From the NCBI GenBank assembly GCA_964252035.1, contig OZ176200.1: a DNA stretch of 64,000 nucleotides. One strand, written 5' to 3'. Positions 10,519-23,857 of this stretch are shown one piece after another. Numbering within the stretch: the stretch's first letter is position 1; each line of letters starts with the position of its first letter. The notes under the pieces are model-generated. The model was not told the DNA's origin and searched no databases. It saw only the letters and a program-made list of their open reading frames with translations. The DNA is from Podarcis erhardii. Its lineage: Eukaryota. The translations under genes were made by a program, and so were the position numbers.

Positions 10519-12180
10519 AGAACAACTGTACTGTAAAAGCAATAAATCCCCTCCCCCACCAAAAAAAATTACAGCGTAAAAGAAAACAGAAATGGTGGTG
10601 TTTTCGTCAGTTGATGTTCAATTGAAGTTTCTGCAAGGAGATGTGATGCCAGGAAGCCGCAGGACACCTGCAGCTTTAGCAATAGGGGCCACTGTAATTA
10701 GGTAACACTGACCCTGGGTAACAGGCACTGCTGGGGAGGAAATAACTGCATAGCATGAGCTCGGGGCCTGAGAGACAACCTAAGGACTTGCGCTTGTCAT
10801 TAACCCCTCGTAATTGCTCTGTGCCCAGTGGGATTGTAAAAAGAAAATGAACCGCTGATAGAATGCGTGACAGTGAAAAGTTTTTTTTAAGGGCGGTGAC
10901 TTTCAGCTGCTACCTGCACTAGTATGAATGGTTAGATCCTCTCCATTCAGTTTCTAATAGCTGGTATGAAAATTTTATCTGATTTTCTACTTCACTCTTT
11001 TGAAATATTGAAGGTTGATAAATTATTAAACCAAATGTAAAATGTTACAAATGTGCGTACGTTTCGTAAAGAAGCCTGCTCAGGCAGGCTGCATAATGGG
11101 CCTGTTTCTGCCGTGCAAATAAGCTCAAATCAAGCTTCCTTTCTTTTCTCCATCTGTCTCAAGGTCTGACTACTTATTCATGAGACATCCAAGTGCTGTA
11201 TATTTCCTAAGCTTTCTGCTCCACCTCATTTGATCTCCTTCTCTTCAGCTCTCCAATACTTTTAATGAACTTTCAGGGACTCCGATTTTTTACTCCTTTT
11301 TGAAGCACTTGGAAATCAAGCACCAGTTGACTTTGGGAGGACTATCAGCATGTTCCTGTGTAATGCAGAAATGTAATATAAATATTGTGTTATGTTTTAT
11401 TAGATCTTATTTTTTGTGGTTGTGAGTTTTTAAACATTGTTTTCAGTGTGTTGTATTTTAAATTGTTGCAAGCTGCCTTGGGACCTTTGCGGGAAAGGCA
11501 AGTAATAAATGATGATGGTGATACCACTGTGCTATTTTGCTAATGTTGGAGAGCTGGCAGTCAACGACACCTTTCTGTTATATCCTTTGGTCCATAGAAG
11601 ACTCATAAAATTTACATGCATGTGGATGGAGCTTTGCACCCATATTGGGACACTACTGTCCTGTTTTATCCTTCCTCCACAATAATACAACTTAATTCCA
11701 GGTAAAACCATGATCTGATCTGAATCTCATGATTTGGACACACATTCCTCCAATGGCAGAAAAGGAAAATCACCCCAACTTACTGGAGTGCTCTAGCAGG
11801 TTACCTCCTCCCACTTCTTCATCTGCCATTGCAGCAGAATAGGAAGCAGAATAAGGCTGCAATCCTAGGCACATTTACCTGGAATTAAATCCCATTAAGC
11901 TCAGTGTGCCTTACATCCAGATAGACATACATAGCAATGTGTTGTGAAGGAGCAGGCTGGTGAGGCAAATGGATTGTTGTAGTTGTTGTTGCTGCTGCTG
12001 CTGTAAGGGCCAGCAAAAGAAATTCTGCAGCGCGGGGGACCACACTGTGAGCATCCCTCATGTCTTCTTCTGCGAACACAGCAGAACAAGAAATAGCTTA
12101 AAGGCTCAGTTCAAGAATGGTTCGTTGGTTTGTTCTTTCACTGCTGAAGCCAGCCAATGAAAGGTTATTGGGGGCAGATT

Positions 12181-12230
12181 GCTTCAGCAGCACATATACT
12201 AAAATTGGAATGATATAGGGAAGATTAGCA
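12181..12230 (+). pseudogene. 3'-truncated U6 snRNA pseudogene (U6 nt ~7-56)
   Basis: GCTTCAGCAGCACATATACTAAAATTGGAATGATATAGGGAAGATTAGCA matches U6 at 46/50. The ACAGAGA box is mutated to ATAGGGA, and the 3' half is missing. Confidence 0.85.
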
Positions 12231-12311
12231 CAAAATACTTGGAGGTATATTGGTGATGGGAAATACCCCTTTCCCAGAGTTCCTTTCTCTCTTCTGCATT
12301 TCCCTCTCCTT

Positions 12312-12314
<3 letters not shown>

Positions 12315-12365
<51 letters not shown>

Positions 12366-13135
12366 TTGTACCACTTTGGGGAATTAAAAGTACATTAAAA
12401 CATCAGTCATTAAAAACTTCCCTAAACAGATGCCTTCAGATGTCTTCTAAATGTCAGGTAGATGTTTATCTCTTTGACATCTGATGGGAGGGCGTTCCAT
12501 GGGGTGGGCGCCACTACCAAGAAGGCCCTCTGCCTGGTTCCCTGTAACTTGGCTTCTCACAGTGAGGGAACCACCAGAAGGCCCTCGATCTCAGCGTCTG
12601 GGCAGAACAATGTGGGTGGAGACGCTCCTTCAGGTGTACTGGGCCAAGGCCATTTAGGGCTTTAAAGGTCAACACCAACACTTTGAATTGTGCTCAGAAA
12701 CGTACTGGGAGCCAATGTAAGTCTTTCAAGACAGTGTTATGTGGTCTCGGTGGCCACTCCCAGTCACCAGTCTGGCTTCCACATTCTGGATTAGTTGTAG
12801 TTTCCGGGTCACCTTCAAAGGTAGCCCCACATAAAGCGTGTTGCAGTAGTCCAAGCGGGAAATAACTAGAGCATGCACCACTCTGGCGAGACAGTCTGCG
12901 GGCAGGTAGGGTCTCAGCCTGCATACCAGATGGAGCTGATAAACAGCTGCCCTGGACACAGAATTACCCTGCACCTCCATGGACAGCTGTGAGTCCAAAA
13001 TGACTCCCAGGCTGTGCACCTGCTCCTTCAGGGGCACAGTTGCCCCATTCAGGACCAGGGAGTCCCCCACACATGCCTGCCCCCTGTCCCCCAAAAAGAG
13101 TACTTCTTGTCTTGTCAGGATTCAACCTCAATGTA
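12315..13135 (-). mobile_element. 5'-truncated L2 LINE with RT C-terminal coding fragment and (ATT)n tail
   Basis: ORF 12726-13094 (SLGVILDSQLSM...HALVISRLDYCNTLYVGLP...LQLIQN) is a typical L2 ORF2 C-terminus. The (AAT)n run is at 12315-12365. Confidence 0.9.
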
Positions 13136-13144
13136 CAAAGACTC

Positions 13145-13147
<3 letters not shown>

Positions 13148-13187
<40 letters not shown>

Positions 13188-13230
13188 CTCTCTCTCTCCC
13201 CCTCTCCCCCTCTCCCCCTCTCCCCCTCTC
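13148..13230. repeat. (TTTC)n/(TC)n/(CCCCTCT)n compound microsatellite
   Basis: Direct reading. Confidence 0.9.
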
Positions 13231-13704
13231 TCATACACGCATACACATTCTTCAGGCAAAGCAATTAAAATTATATTATAAATATAATGAGAAGCTGCAT
13301 CTTCTTTCTCCCTCTCTAATAAAGTACATGTGGGTGGGTGCTCTCTGAAGAGAAAGCAAAGATTGGGAAATGTTGCAACTGGGTTGGTTTTATTAGGACT
13401 GTTCTATCTGTTTGCTGATTGTTGTGTTCTGAATGGCCCCTTATTGGCTACAGGTTAACAACCTGAGAGAAGGAAGAGCTAATGGAGGAGTGTTCAGTCT
13501 TGATGCTCTAACTTTTTAATGGGAGTGAAGGAGACATTGCTTTAAAAATGGTTTCCTTCTAGAAACAGGGGGGGGGGGGCGGCTGCTGATTGGATTCATG
13601 TGTGTGCAGGCTTATAACTGATTGGCCAGCAGGGAAATGTACGGAAAATGGACATCAGAGAAACCGACTAAATGATCTAATTGATGACTATATTGCATAT
13701 AGAT

Positions 13705-13767
13705 GATAGAGATAGAGATAGAGATAGAGATAGAGATAGAGATAGAGATAGAGATAGAGATAGAGAT
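13705..13767. repeat. (GATAGA)n hexanucleotide microsatellite, ~10 units
   Basis: Direct reading. Confidence 0.95.
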
Positions 13768-16700
13768 GGGAGAGAGACAGGAAAGACTGTAGTTCTGTGT
13801 TTTTTCCTGGGCAAATTCAGCCCTACCTGATCAAGCTGAAAAATCATCCCTGCAGTGGACATGTCCAGTAGCCTCTTTGCAACTGTAGAAGGCAGGCATC
13901 AAAGTAAAGGCCAAAATGTAGATGAGAGAAAGGATATTAATTTCTCATTCCCCACACACATCTCAGTCTCTCAGGGTTAGTATTTAAATTCTTAGAACAC
14001 GGTGTCAAAGTGATTCATTGCTAGTAAAGATCAGTGCGTTGCTATAAGGAAATATTGCAGAAATTCATATCAATGGGGAGCAACATTCCACTCAAGCCAA
14101 TTTCTTTGATGGAGAAGGATATCTGGAATTAGTAGAGACTGTCTTGTGTGATGGATTACTTATCAGTGCCACTAGTTGATTTCTTGGAAGGGCTTACGAT
14201 GTGACAAAAGAGATCAGTTAGGGATATAAGAAGAAAGCATTGCTTTCCATTCTGCCCTACATTTGCTGCATGCACCTCTGTTTCTGTTCTACTGCAGTTC
14301 ATTTTTGACCAAAAACTACATTTTTGTCTTTGTGGCAGAATTAGGTAACTTAGGCAACTTGTGTAATTAATTACGTAAATTACATAGTTTATGTTGTCAT
14401 CACATTATTCCACATTATTCATTTCGATGCAATGGAAACACAATGGGTGGGGGTATAATCAACTGCATGTCATTTGCAGACTGAAAACAGTAACAGCGGT
14501 CAATACCAATAGTACTTGCTGGATGGATTTCTGTTCCAGACATGGAATGAATAAGCAATCATTGGTAGTTTCCAATCCCATTTCCATTGGAATTATCTGG
14601 CCTCCCTTTCACCAATCCATATTTGGACTGCAAATGGGGAAACTGGTCAAAACGTTTGTGGCCATTTCTTGCAATAAATGGCTGATATTTCCTACCTATG
14701 CTGTAATATTGTGCTCTTTGTCATTTGCAAAGATGAGGATATATCTGATAAAAAGAGAAAAGGTTAGCAAAGCACTTAAGTCAATAGTCTTCACATTTGA
14801 CATCAGTTGCTTGTCAAGACTTTCAGCATATTTGTCCAGTGATGAAATTTTCTTCCAAAAGAATCCCATAAAATCTTGCTTCTATGGAGCCACCTTTCAT
14901 TTCCCTTTTTTCCAGCTCTTGCATTCCCAATCCTATTCATGTTTACACAGGAGTGTTTTTTTGTTATTGTTTTTTGTATTCAACAGGACTTCTGATACAT
15001 TTACATGGGATTTTAGCCCAAGTGGGACTTAAATTTAGCGTACATAGGATTGTGGTGTGGGATGATTAACATTTCCTATATAATTCCCCCTATATTGCTA
15101 TAAGGAAGTGGCATTTTAAGAGAATAGATATATTTCCCAATATTGATAAGATACCACTTTCTCAGAATAATATAAGGGGATTGTAGACGAAATTTTAACA
15201 CACCTATAGCAGAAGAGAGTGAGAGATGCCTATGCTACACCTATATTTTCTTCCCAGTGAGGTTAAGGGCAGTTTCAGATGGAGGGTTTTAGACTGTGAC
15301 AGGGATAAATGGCTTCTCCCATGGCACCCATTAAAATCAAAGGTTCGCACAAGTGGTTTAAAGTGGTGGTTGGGGGCACCATCTGTTTTAGGTCATAGAT
15401 AGTCAGCAACTATCTTCAACAGCCAGTTTCGAAAAGAAGAAAGTTTCATTTAATGAATGTGAACAAAATATAATTAGGAATTCTGTTTTGGGTTCATCAG
15501 TAACATGTGCACATTTCAAACACCAGCACCTTGGTGTCACTGAAAATCCTGTTCTGCAATAATGTTAGATACAATGCACCATGAAGTTTCTGCAAGGTTA
15601 CAGGTGCCGCTATTAATACCTTGATGACTGTCAGTTCTTTTGTGCCTCCTTCACCTTTTCTCTGTCATAATTATGTCTCTAACAGAGATACCAGAATAGA
15701 GACTCAGTAGCGGGAGATTAATAGTACTACTACTGGGAAAGTTCTATACAGTCTGAAACATCCAGCAGTTTTGAAATTCTATTAGAACATCTCTCTGGTT
15801 AGAATGCATTCAAGGACCCCAGGGGTGTTGAATGCAGGCAGTGTGGCCTCTACTGAGAGCTAGAAAAAAGGCACCTCATTTTCCAGGGGCTCCTTAAACA
15901 GGGTGGGGCTAAGCACAAGTGTTCTTTCAATAAAGACAACTTGTAAATCTGTCCTTAAAGTTGGGAGCACCCAAATGGCTAGGGCTTGGGCATGCCCAGT
16001 TAAGACTTTCGATTTCTTCCCTCAAAATAAGAGGCATTCAGGTCATACCACAAACAGCTTTTGAAACAGCCTTCGCATGCCCCTCAACTGCCCTCATTAA
16101 ATCAGGACATCCCACTTTGGGGGAGCACAGCACCCAAAAATGCAGCACGTTGTGCTGTGGCCCTGAAGGACATTCATAGCGTGATCTTCCATGAGATCAA
16201 GGAGCCCAAAACCACACATTTTGGAGCACTGAAATCTCACGCAGGTCATGTGACTCATGTGGGAGCATGTCACAGAAGACATGTCTCCTGGTTTTCTGTG
16301 GCAAGATGTTGGAGGCTACGCTCTTGGTTTCAAAAAGGGTGTGTGCTTAGAGTTGCAGAGCTTTTCCACTCAAACTTGGTGGCCCAAGCTATTCCTTGTT
16401 TTTCTCCACCACTACCTGCTTCATGGCCCAAGCAGGTAACCACACACCCAGCTACTGGCAGACACCATGTTTTCTCAGACTGTGGCAATTCACAGTCTTG
16501 TCTGGATGGGATTTCCACCCAGCAAAAGTAGTAAGCAAGTAGTGAGCATAGATGAACCTAGCATCCTGTGGGATAAACTTTCCCTGACAGCCAAACTAAT
16601 GATATTAAGCAGCAGCGTTTTCTGCTGTGCACATCTCTGCCTGACCTTATACCAGGATGCTTCCCCCTTTTGACTTTCTTCCTTAAAAAGCCTAATAGAT

Positions 16701-17264
16701 TTTCTTTAGCTTGAGGCAGAGTAAACCTCTACTGGATTGAAGTAATGTAGAAATATTAGAAAAGATTGGGGCTGGGAATTCTTCCCTTCCTCCCCATTCT
16801 CCTTGCAGGGTGATTGGAGGAAAAATGTCTGACCTAAATCTGCCAGACACCTTCAAAAGCAGAAAGATAAAAATGTGTGAGGGGAGCGGTAAAATCTGCA
16901 AGCCACCCAGCACCAGTGAATAATTGTTATTGGAATGCAAATGCCACTAGATTAATCTGAAGGGGAAACAAAATCTGAGCAAGTGTTAAATGATTATAGT
17001 TTTACTCTCATATTTCTTTTTTTTCTTGTCTAGATAGATATTCTGCACTATAAATAAATATTTTCAGATGTAAGCATGCGCCTCATGCACATTAACTTGT
17101 TTTAATTTTATTTGAAATTTAAGCGAGAGAGGGAGGGCTAGACTTGAGGGAGAGCTAAATTTCAAACTGGAGCACCACCTACAGCATATTTGGTCAAATT
17201 GCAACGTGGGGGGGGGGGAATCCTTTTTGAAAACGAAAACAAGCAGGTCTAAACACCACCATTT

Positions 17265-18426
17265 TATTTGATTTGTTTTTAAAACTTTTTTATTAATAGT
17301 GCATAAAAAGAATACAAAATGGCACAGAGAAAATACATAAGTACACAAAGACAACTACCATATACACATACGAAAAGAACTTTCCCATCCCCATGATATC
17401 CTATCACCACACCTAGCGACTTCCCTCCACTACAGCTTGACTTCCATAGGTTTTGAATTCAATACCCAACATGGCAATCTTTTAGGTTTTTTATTTTAAG
17501 CTTTGTATAGACTATGTTATTATTATTATTACTTTCCCCCCTGTTCCTTTAGTCTAGGCATATCAGCATGTTCTTCTCTGAACAGTGTTTGTCCATATAT
17601 TCTTCAAAACATTGCCATTCTTGTCTTTGTTTTTGATTTGATTGCATTCTTATATATGCAGTTAGCTTCGCCATTTCGATAAATTCACTTACTTTATATA
17701 TCCAGTCATCTTTGGTGAGTATTGACTCATTCTTCCATTTGCTAGCAAACGCTATCCTGGCGGCTGCTGTGGCATAGAGAAAAATTCCTTTCTTTTTTGT
17801 GGTATATCTTTCCCCAGTAGGCCTAATAAGAATGCCTCTGATTTCTTTTGTATAGGTATTTTAAACATTTTTTTAAGTTCTTCATGTATCATGCCCCAAT
17901 ATGTCTTAGCTTTTTCGCAGCTCCACCAGGTATGGAACATTGTTCCCTCCACTTTCCCACATTTCCAGCGTAGGTTTGACTTTTGTTTATAAATTTTGGC
18001 AAGCTTAGATGGTGTTAGGTACCACCTGAAAAACATTTTCTTGAAATTTTCTTTTATATTGTAGCACGCGGTGAACCTAATGTCAATGCGCCAGAGTCCT
18101 TCCCACTGGTCCAAATAAATCGTGTGGCCGATGTCTTGCACCCATTTTACTATCATTCTCTTTTACTTCTTCTTCTTGGAGGTCACATTCTACTAAAAGG
18201 TTATAAACTTTAGATAGTATTTTCTTATTATTTTTCAATAGTACTTTATGCAATTTTGATTCTTCTCTGTCAAATCCTCTTTTTATATCTGTTTTAAAGA
18301 CACTTTTTAATTGATTACATTGGAGCCAATCCGATAAATAATGCCTTATTTCATCAAATTGTTTTAACTTTGGTTGACCTTGTTCTTCTGTCAGTAATTG
18401 TCTATAGGTGGCCCATCCGCTTTGCA
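17265..18426 (-). mobile_element. 5'-truncated L1/Tx1 LINE (ORF2 C-terminus with Cys/His zinc-knuckle region, frameshifted)
   Basis: ORFs 18083-18439 and 17752-18156 (RWYLTPSKLAKIY...WKCGKVEGTMFHTWWSC). A perfect 15-bp TSD TAAACACCACCATTT lies at 17250-17264 and 18427-18441. Confidence 0.9.
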
Positions 18427-18599
18427 TAAACACCACCATTTATATGGCCTCATTTTGGTGGTTTTGCTTATTGCAATAAATATTCATCCCAACAATGGAT
18501 TTCCTCTCCTGGTTCCTTAAGGGTGGTCGGAGTTTATTTGGCCTGGTGCTGCCATTAGAAAGCTGGTTTGGAATGTCAAGGAGGAGCAATAGACTGTCA

Positions 18600-18603
<4 letters not shown>

Positions 18604-18637
<34 letters not shown>
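18604..18637. repeat. (GT)n microsatellite
   Basis: Direct reading. Confidence 0.95.
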
Positions 18638-18638
<1 letters not shown>

Positions 18639-19689
18639 TATTTTTATCCAAGGGAAAGACGCCTTTTAAATTTTCTTCCTCATGAAGAAATAGCACATCA
18701 AAATAGCCTTGAGAAATCTACATTTTGACTTAAAGAGTAGAGTGCCATTTGCTGTTCTACATTATGCAGTGAAATTTCTTGGGCCAATGCTGGTTGGAAT
18801 AGGTAGATAAAGCAAGACTGTAGAAATCCTGAAGGGACCACTTAGCAATCTAGAGTAGGACTCAGCAAATGGAGGTTGGGTAAAATATGGCCCATGACCA
18901 GTATCACATTGTCTCACCAAAGGCAGGTAAACGTCATGCATGGGCTATGAAAATTGGATTTGCTGACAAGAGCACTTTGAGGTATTTCATGTATGATCTC
19001 CACTAACTACTCTCTTCTCAAAGTGGCCCTCCAGCAAAATCATTTGCCACCCAATAATCTAGGCCACTTCAGGACGGTGGAATCCTTTCCTGCTCCATTT
19101 TAAATAAACATCCACAATGAGAGGTGTATCCAAAGCATCCAGCATGAGGTGTATTGTCAAAGCCATATATCCATGTTTTTCACAGGAAGATAAGGAAAAA
19201 AGTAGTGGGTCAACTATTTTCATATTCCAGTGATCATATGAGGCACTGCTTGAAAAAATGTGAACACTACATGAGAGCAGCGCATGAGAGGACTATTTGG
19301 TACCAGACAGCACAGAATAGGGGAATGTCATCAGGATCTAAGCAAAACTTTTCAGAAGTAGATTTTTGAAGAGAGGTTTTTGTGAGGGAAATGAATTGCC
19401 TTGAATACAGTTCTGCTGAAAGTGAATTCCACAGGCTTGAGAGAATGTCACTATATGAAGGAATAGATATGGCCATTTAGCAAGCAGTAACTTATTACAG
19501 CATGCATATAACTAGTGCCAACGACTGCATAGACCCACCAAGACAGTGAGAAGAATTTTAGTATGCATCTGCATCTAATCAGAACTCTGATAAAGTGGGA
19601 ACAGTGATAAAAACTCCCCTCAGGACTTGAAAGGGTGACTCAGAACACCCGTCAACCAATGAGTTGCATGATCAATAACCAAATGTCAA

Positions 19690-19781
19690 GACAAAACAAA
19701 TTCCTTCCAGTAGCACCTTAAAGACCAACTAAGTCAGTTCTTGGTATGAGCTTTCGTGTGCATGCACACTTCTTCAGATAC
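19690..19781 (-). mobile_element. short Penelope-like element (PLE) remnant
   Basis: Near-identical reverse complement of 60052-60135 (TTAGTTGGTCTTTAAGGTGCTACTGGAAGGAATTT); contains a hammerhead motif. Confidence 0.7.
19744..19781 (-). ncRNA. minimal type I hammerhead ribozyme motif
   Basis: Minus strand: GUAU-CUGAAGA-A-GUGUG(CAUG)CACAC-GAAA-GC-UC-AUAC. Confidence 0.7.
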
Positions 19782-22700
19782 GAAGTCAAGAGGCTGTATG
19801 TTTTCAGCCTGAGGTCCTATGCTAGCCCCATGAGTCTAGAATGCAAAGCAAGAAGTTGCTATGGTTATAGGAAGCAACTTTCCTCAGATAGGCTAAAGAA
19901 AGAAAAACAACAGAAACTGCATGCTAATGTGGTTTGGGCATCAAACTAGAACGTCAAACACAGAAAGAGTCGGCCTTGTAATTAGGCACATGCAAAGTGT
20001 CCCTGAATCATATTCTGTGAGTCTTATTGACAGCCATTTGATTTCACTTGAGGAAGTGCCTCAGCACTTATCCAATTTGGGTGAGCTCTGGCAAGAGTGC
20101 ATCCTGAGACTTTTGCTTTCTTCAATGAGCCTTGGATGGTCTACCTCAGAAAAAGCATGCGGATTCACTCTGACTTAAAATAGTCCCTGCCAGGGGCAGC
20201 TTTATCTCTGAATCTTACTTTCTTCACTTAAAAGCTACAAATAAAAATGCTTAGATTCTTAGAAGGCAATCTTCAGTTTCTTCATAATGACCGAAGATAA
20301 AAGAACTGACAGGTAATCTATAAATCTACTTCTGGCTAAGGAATGAAGAGATATTAAACCATGAAAGATCAATTATTTCACTGCTATTTCTCTCTCACAC
20401 ATTCACATGCTTTCACTAGAGGCTTGCTATATTTTAGAACTGCATCTCAGAATCAGGGGTACTAAACCCCCTGTGTTTCTCTGGCTTATTCCATCTGGCT
20501 GTAAGATTGTCATGGCAATTCAGGCTTATTCATTTAATGCATATGATGCAGCAGTGGAACACTTTGCATGCAATGTGGCTATTTCCTCAGATTTATGGAT
20601 ATTTTACATGCACGGACTCCAAAATGTGCAGGTTTTGGGGTGCTCGCCAAAGGGTGCATATACAATTAAAAATAGATCCTGAGTACCCAGAAAAGCATGT
20701 AGTCCAGGGCTGGGGAACCTATGACTCTTCAGAAGTTTTTGGACCAAAATTCCCATTGGCCCTGGCTGGCATGGACTGTAGTCAGCAGGGGTTGAACTTT
20801 GGTCTTTCTGATTTCAGTGGTGCCCTGCGTGAGGCCAAAATTTGACATCCCCCTGCCTCTTGTTTTCTGTTCTACTCAGTTCATTACATCAAAGTTGTGA
20901 CACCCTACGGCACCCTCTAAGCTCAGTGCCCAGTGTGGCAGAACCAGTTGCACTGCCCTAAATTGTTGGACTATGGAAACCATTGTCCAACAACACCTGG
21001 AGAACCATGGGTTCTTCATCCCTTCAGGGTGTTATGCCATGAACCTGCTCACCTGAGGACATTGGACATAGTAGGTGGCGTGAATTAAAACTTTTCTTGT
21101 GGGATCTACTAGAGAGATTGGACTTATTCTCCAGTGCAGAGGTCTCTGGGAGAAACTACTCAGGAAGGTGTAACCTAAGTGAGACATTACTTCCACACAC
21201 TGAACTTAAGAGTCTTTCCAATCATCCTGACCTTCTTCAAGTTTCTAATATTAATCAGGCATCTAAGCAATGTGGAGAAACATAATGAGCCTACTTTTTA
21301 TTGGTAAAAACACAAAGGAAGATGCATCAACAAAATGTAGACAACATAGATCATCATACTTCCAATTTCTCTATTCATTCTCTAACATTTAAAATGTTAC
21401 GAGGCTGAAAACAGGCATTCATAGACTCACAACCTGATTGAAGCCTTGAGAGAGAACATTTTCCTGGGTGGTTGCCTTCTCCTCACCCTCTCCTTTCCAA
21501 TGCTTATTAACAAAAGCACTGCTCTAGCTGTGATAATGAGGAGAGAGGAAAAGTCCATTTTCCAAGAAGGCAATTCTAATTTTTCCAGACATAACTTCAG
21601 TTCTCCACTTTTCTGCAGCAATTTGCAAAAAGTAAAAGATCCTCATGAAAACTTGTCAGCATTATAGTGTGAATTTCTCATAATCAACACATTTTTCTAC
21701 ACTGTTCTGACTGATGTACACATTTTTACAAGCCATTTCTCTTTATATAATGTATTTGTATATGTTACTTACACCAATATTTTTGTTTCATGCACACTTT
21801 TACCTAACATGTGCATGTTTCTAAGTGTTGTTTGATTGGAGAGCTTTATCCCAAAATTCAGATAAGTGCAGATTAAGAAGGATGGCTATGTTTCTGTTTT
21901 CATATTGTTTCAGAAAGTGTGGATTGGATAGATTCACCTTTAAATATGAATCTAATTTCTCCCCAACTTTATTTAAGAGGCAAATATTTTGCTCTGAGAC
22001 TCTTAGCCAAGCAAAGGTCTTGCTAAATGAGCCCATAATAGTGAGTTTAGCTTCAAAGTTGGATCTGCCAGATCTAACCATTTTGCTCTCAATCACACAA
22101 TGTCACACAACAATCAGAAGACTTGTTAGCAATCTTACAGAACAAGCCTTGCCAAACTTCAGCTCATCTGTAGAAAGAACATTTTTGCTTAAATTTTACT
22201 TACATATTCTTACAAACATGATGAGAAACCCCCTCCCCCCCACACACACCTATTTGGTTAGTGTGGAGTGTTAAACCATTGCTGCCTTTCAATTGTGGAT
22301 AATATAATCCAGTATATTGCTTGGGGAGAACTCTGGTCTCTTGGGATGAAAAAAGACCCCATAAATGTACTGCAAGCTGTTATCTAGTCTTCTAAAATGA
22401 TTCACTTCAGGGATAAGATCTTTTATGCCAACTTTTAGCTCAGGGGAAACTTTTATGACCAGGATATAAAGTTCTGAATAGAGAGGGTTTATAATGGAAA
22501 ACCACAGTGTATCTATGGGATCAGCTGGAGCAATGCTATTATACAATTTACAGCCGCCTTTGCTTTAGAGTCCCTAGAACAATGATCTCTCACAAAGTCC
22601 AATATTAGAGAGCTGTTTCTAAGATGGCAGGAGTGGAACAAGAGGCAGTCCTGCATTGCTGGGAGTTCTACCCCCTGTTCAAAGAATCACAGCTAACTGA

Positions 22701-23460
22701 TGATGATTTCCATATATAAATGGGGAGAGATTCTGTACTTCTTCAGTATATAGGTCAAACATCTGAGCATATGGCCCTTGGGGTGTCAGTTTAATTGAGG
22801 ATTTCCAGTACACTTTTCAGCTCATGTGAGATCCCAAAGCAGAGAACATTACACATATACAATAAAACAGCAGTGTTATCAGCACAGAGAATAATATAAA
22901 TCCAACCAAACTATCACAACAGGAGATTAACAGCTTGCTTTAAAAGAAATGTGTTAAGCTCTTGAATTTGGCAAATGTTGAGAGTTAAAAGAATCCCATA
23001 AGGAATACAGAGTGAGAAGGTTCTCTTAATTATCACAACAACCTAGCCTCAGCCAGAGGGAATACCTGAGGCAGAAATTCATTACTAGGCCTCTGTGATT
23101 GAAGAAAGTCCTAACACCTTTAGGCCAGAGGTCTTTTAGGTTTGCTATTTGGCTCCTGAGACCAGACTGGCCAACCCAAACCTTTCCATCACCTGATGAC
23201 ATATTATGGCAGGCATGGGTTGGCTAAAGCCAGCAGGGGCGGGCTTTCTAATTTCAATGTCACCCTGTGCAGGGCCAAAAATTGGCATCCCCCTATACCT
23301 CTCACCTTCTGTCCTGCCCAGTTGACTGTGTCATAGTTCCTAAACATTTTTATTCACAGACCACATTAAAATTGCTCAGGATCTTGGCGGACCACTTAAT
23401 CATGTTTCTGCCCATTGTAGCAACTATAATCCCATTCATGGATGCAGTACACAGACTCTC

Positions 23461-23857
23461 AAAGCTGATCACCAAAGAATTGATGCTTTTGAATTATGGT
23501 GCTGGAGGAGACTCTTGAGAGTGCCATGGACAGCAAGAAGATCAGATCTATCAATTCTGAAGGAAATCAGACCTGAGTGCTCACTGGAAGGACAGATCCT
23601 GAAGATGAGGCTCCAGTACTTTGGCCACCTCATGAGAAGAGAAGACTCCCTGGAATAGACCCTGATGTTGGGAAAGATGGAGGGCAAAAGGAGAAGGGGA
23701 CGACAGAGGACGAGATGGTTGGACAGTGTTCTCGAAGCTACCAGCATGAGTTTGACCAAACTGCGGGAGGCAGTGGAAGACAGGAGTGCCTGGCGTGCTC
23801 TGATCCATGGGGTCACAAAGAGTCGGACACGACTAAACGACTAAACAACAACAAAAT
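23461..23857 (+). mobile_element. Bov-B (RTE clade) LINE 3' end
   Basis: GAATTGATGCTTTTGAATTATGGTGCTGGAGGAGACTCTTGAGAG...GGGGTCACAAAGAGTCGGACACGACTAAACGACTAAACAACAACAA is the Bov-B terminus. TSD CAGACTCTC is at 23452-23460 and 23858-23866. Confidence 0.92.

Noticed and set aside
12181-12230. Functional U6 snRNA gene
   Set aside because: The 3' half is absent, the ACAGAGA box is mutated, and no TATA/PSE is visible upstream.
14391-15032. 213-aa ORF
   Set aside because: The composition is non-protein-like, there is no recognisable domain and no splice support; probably chance.
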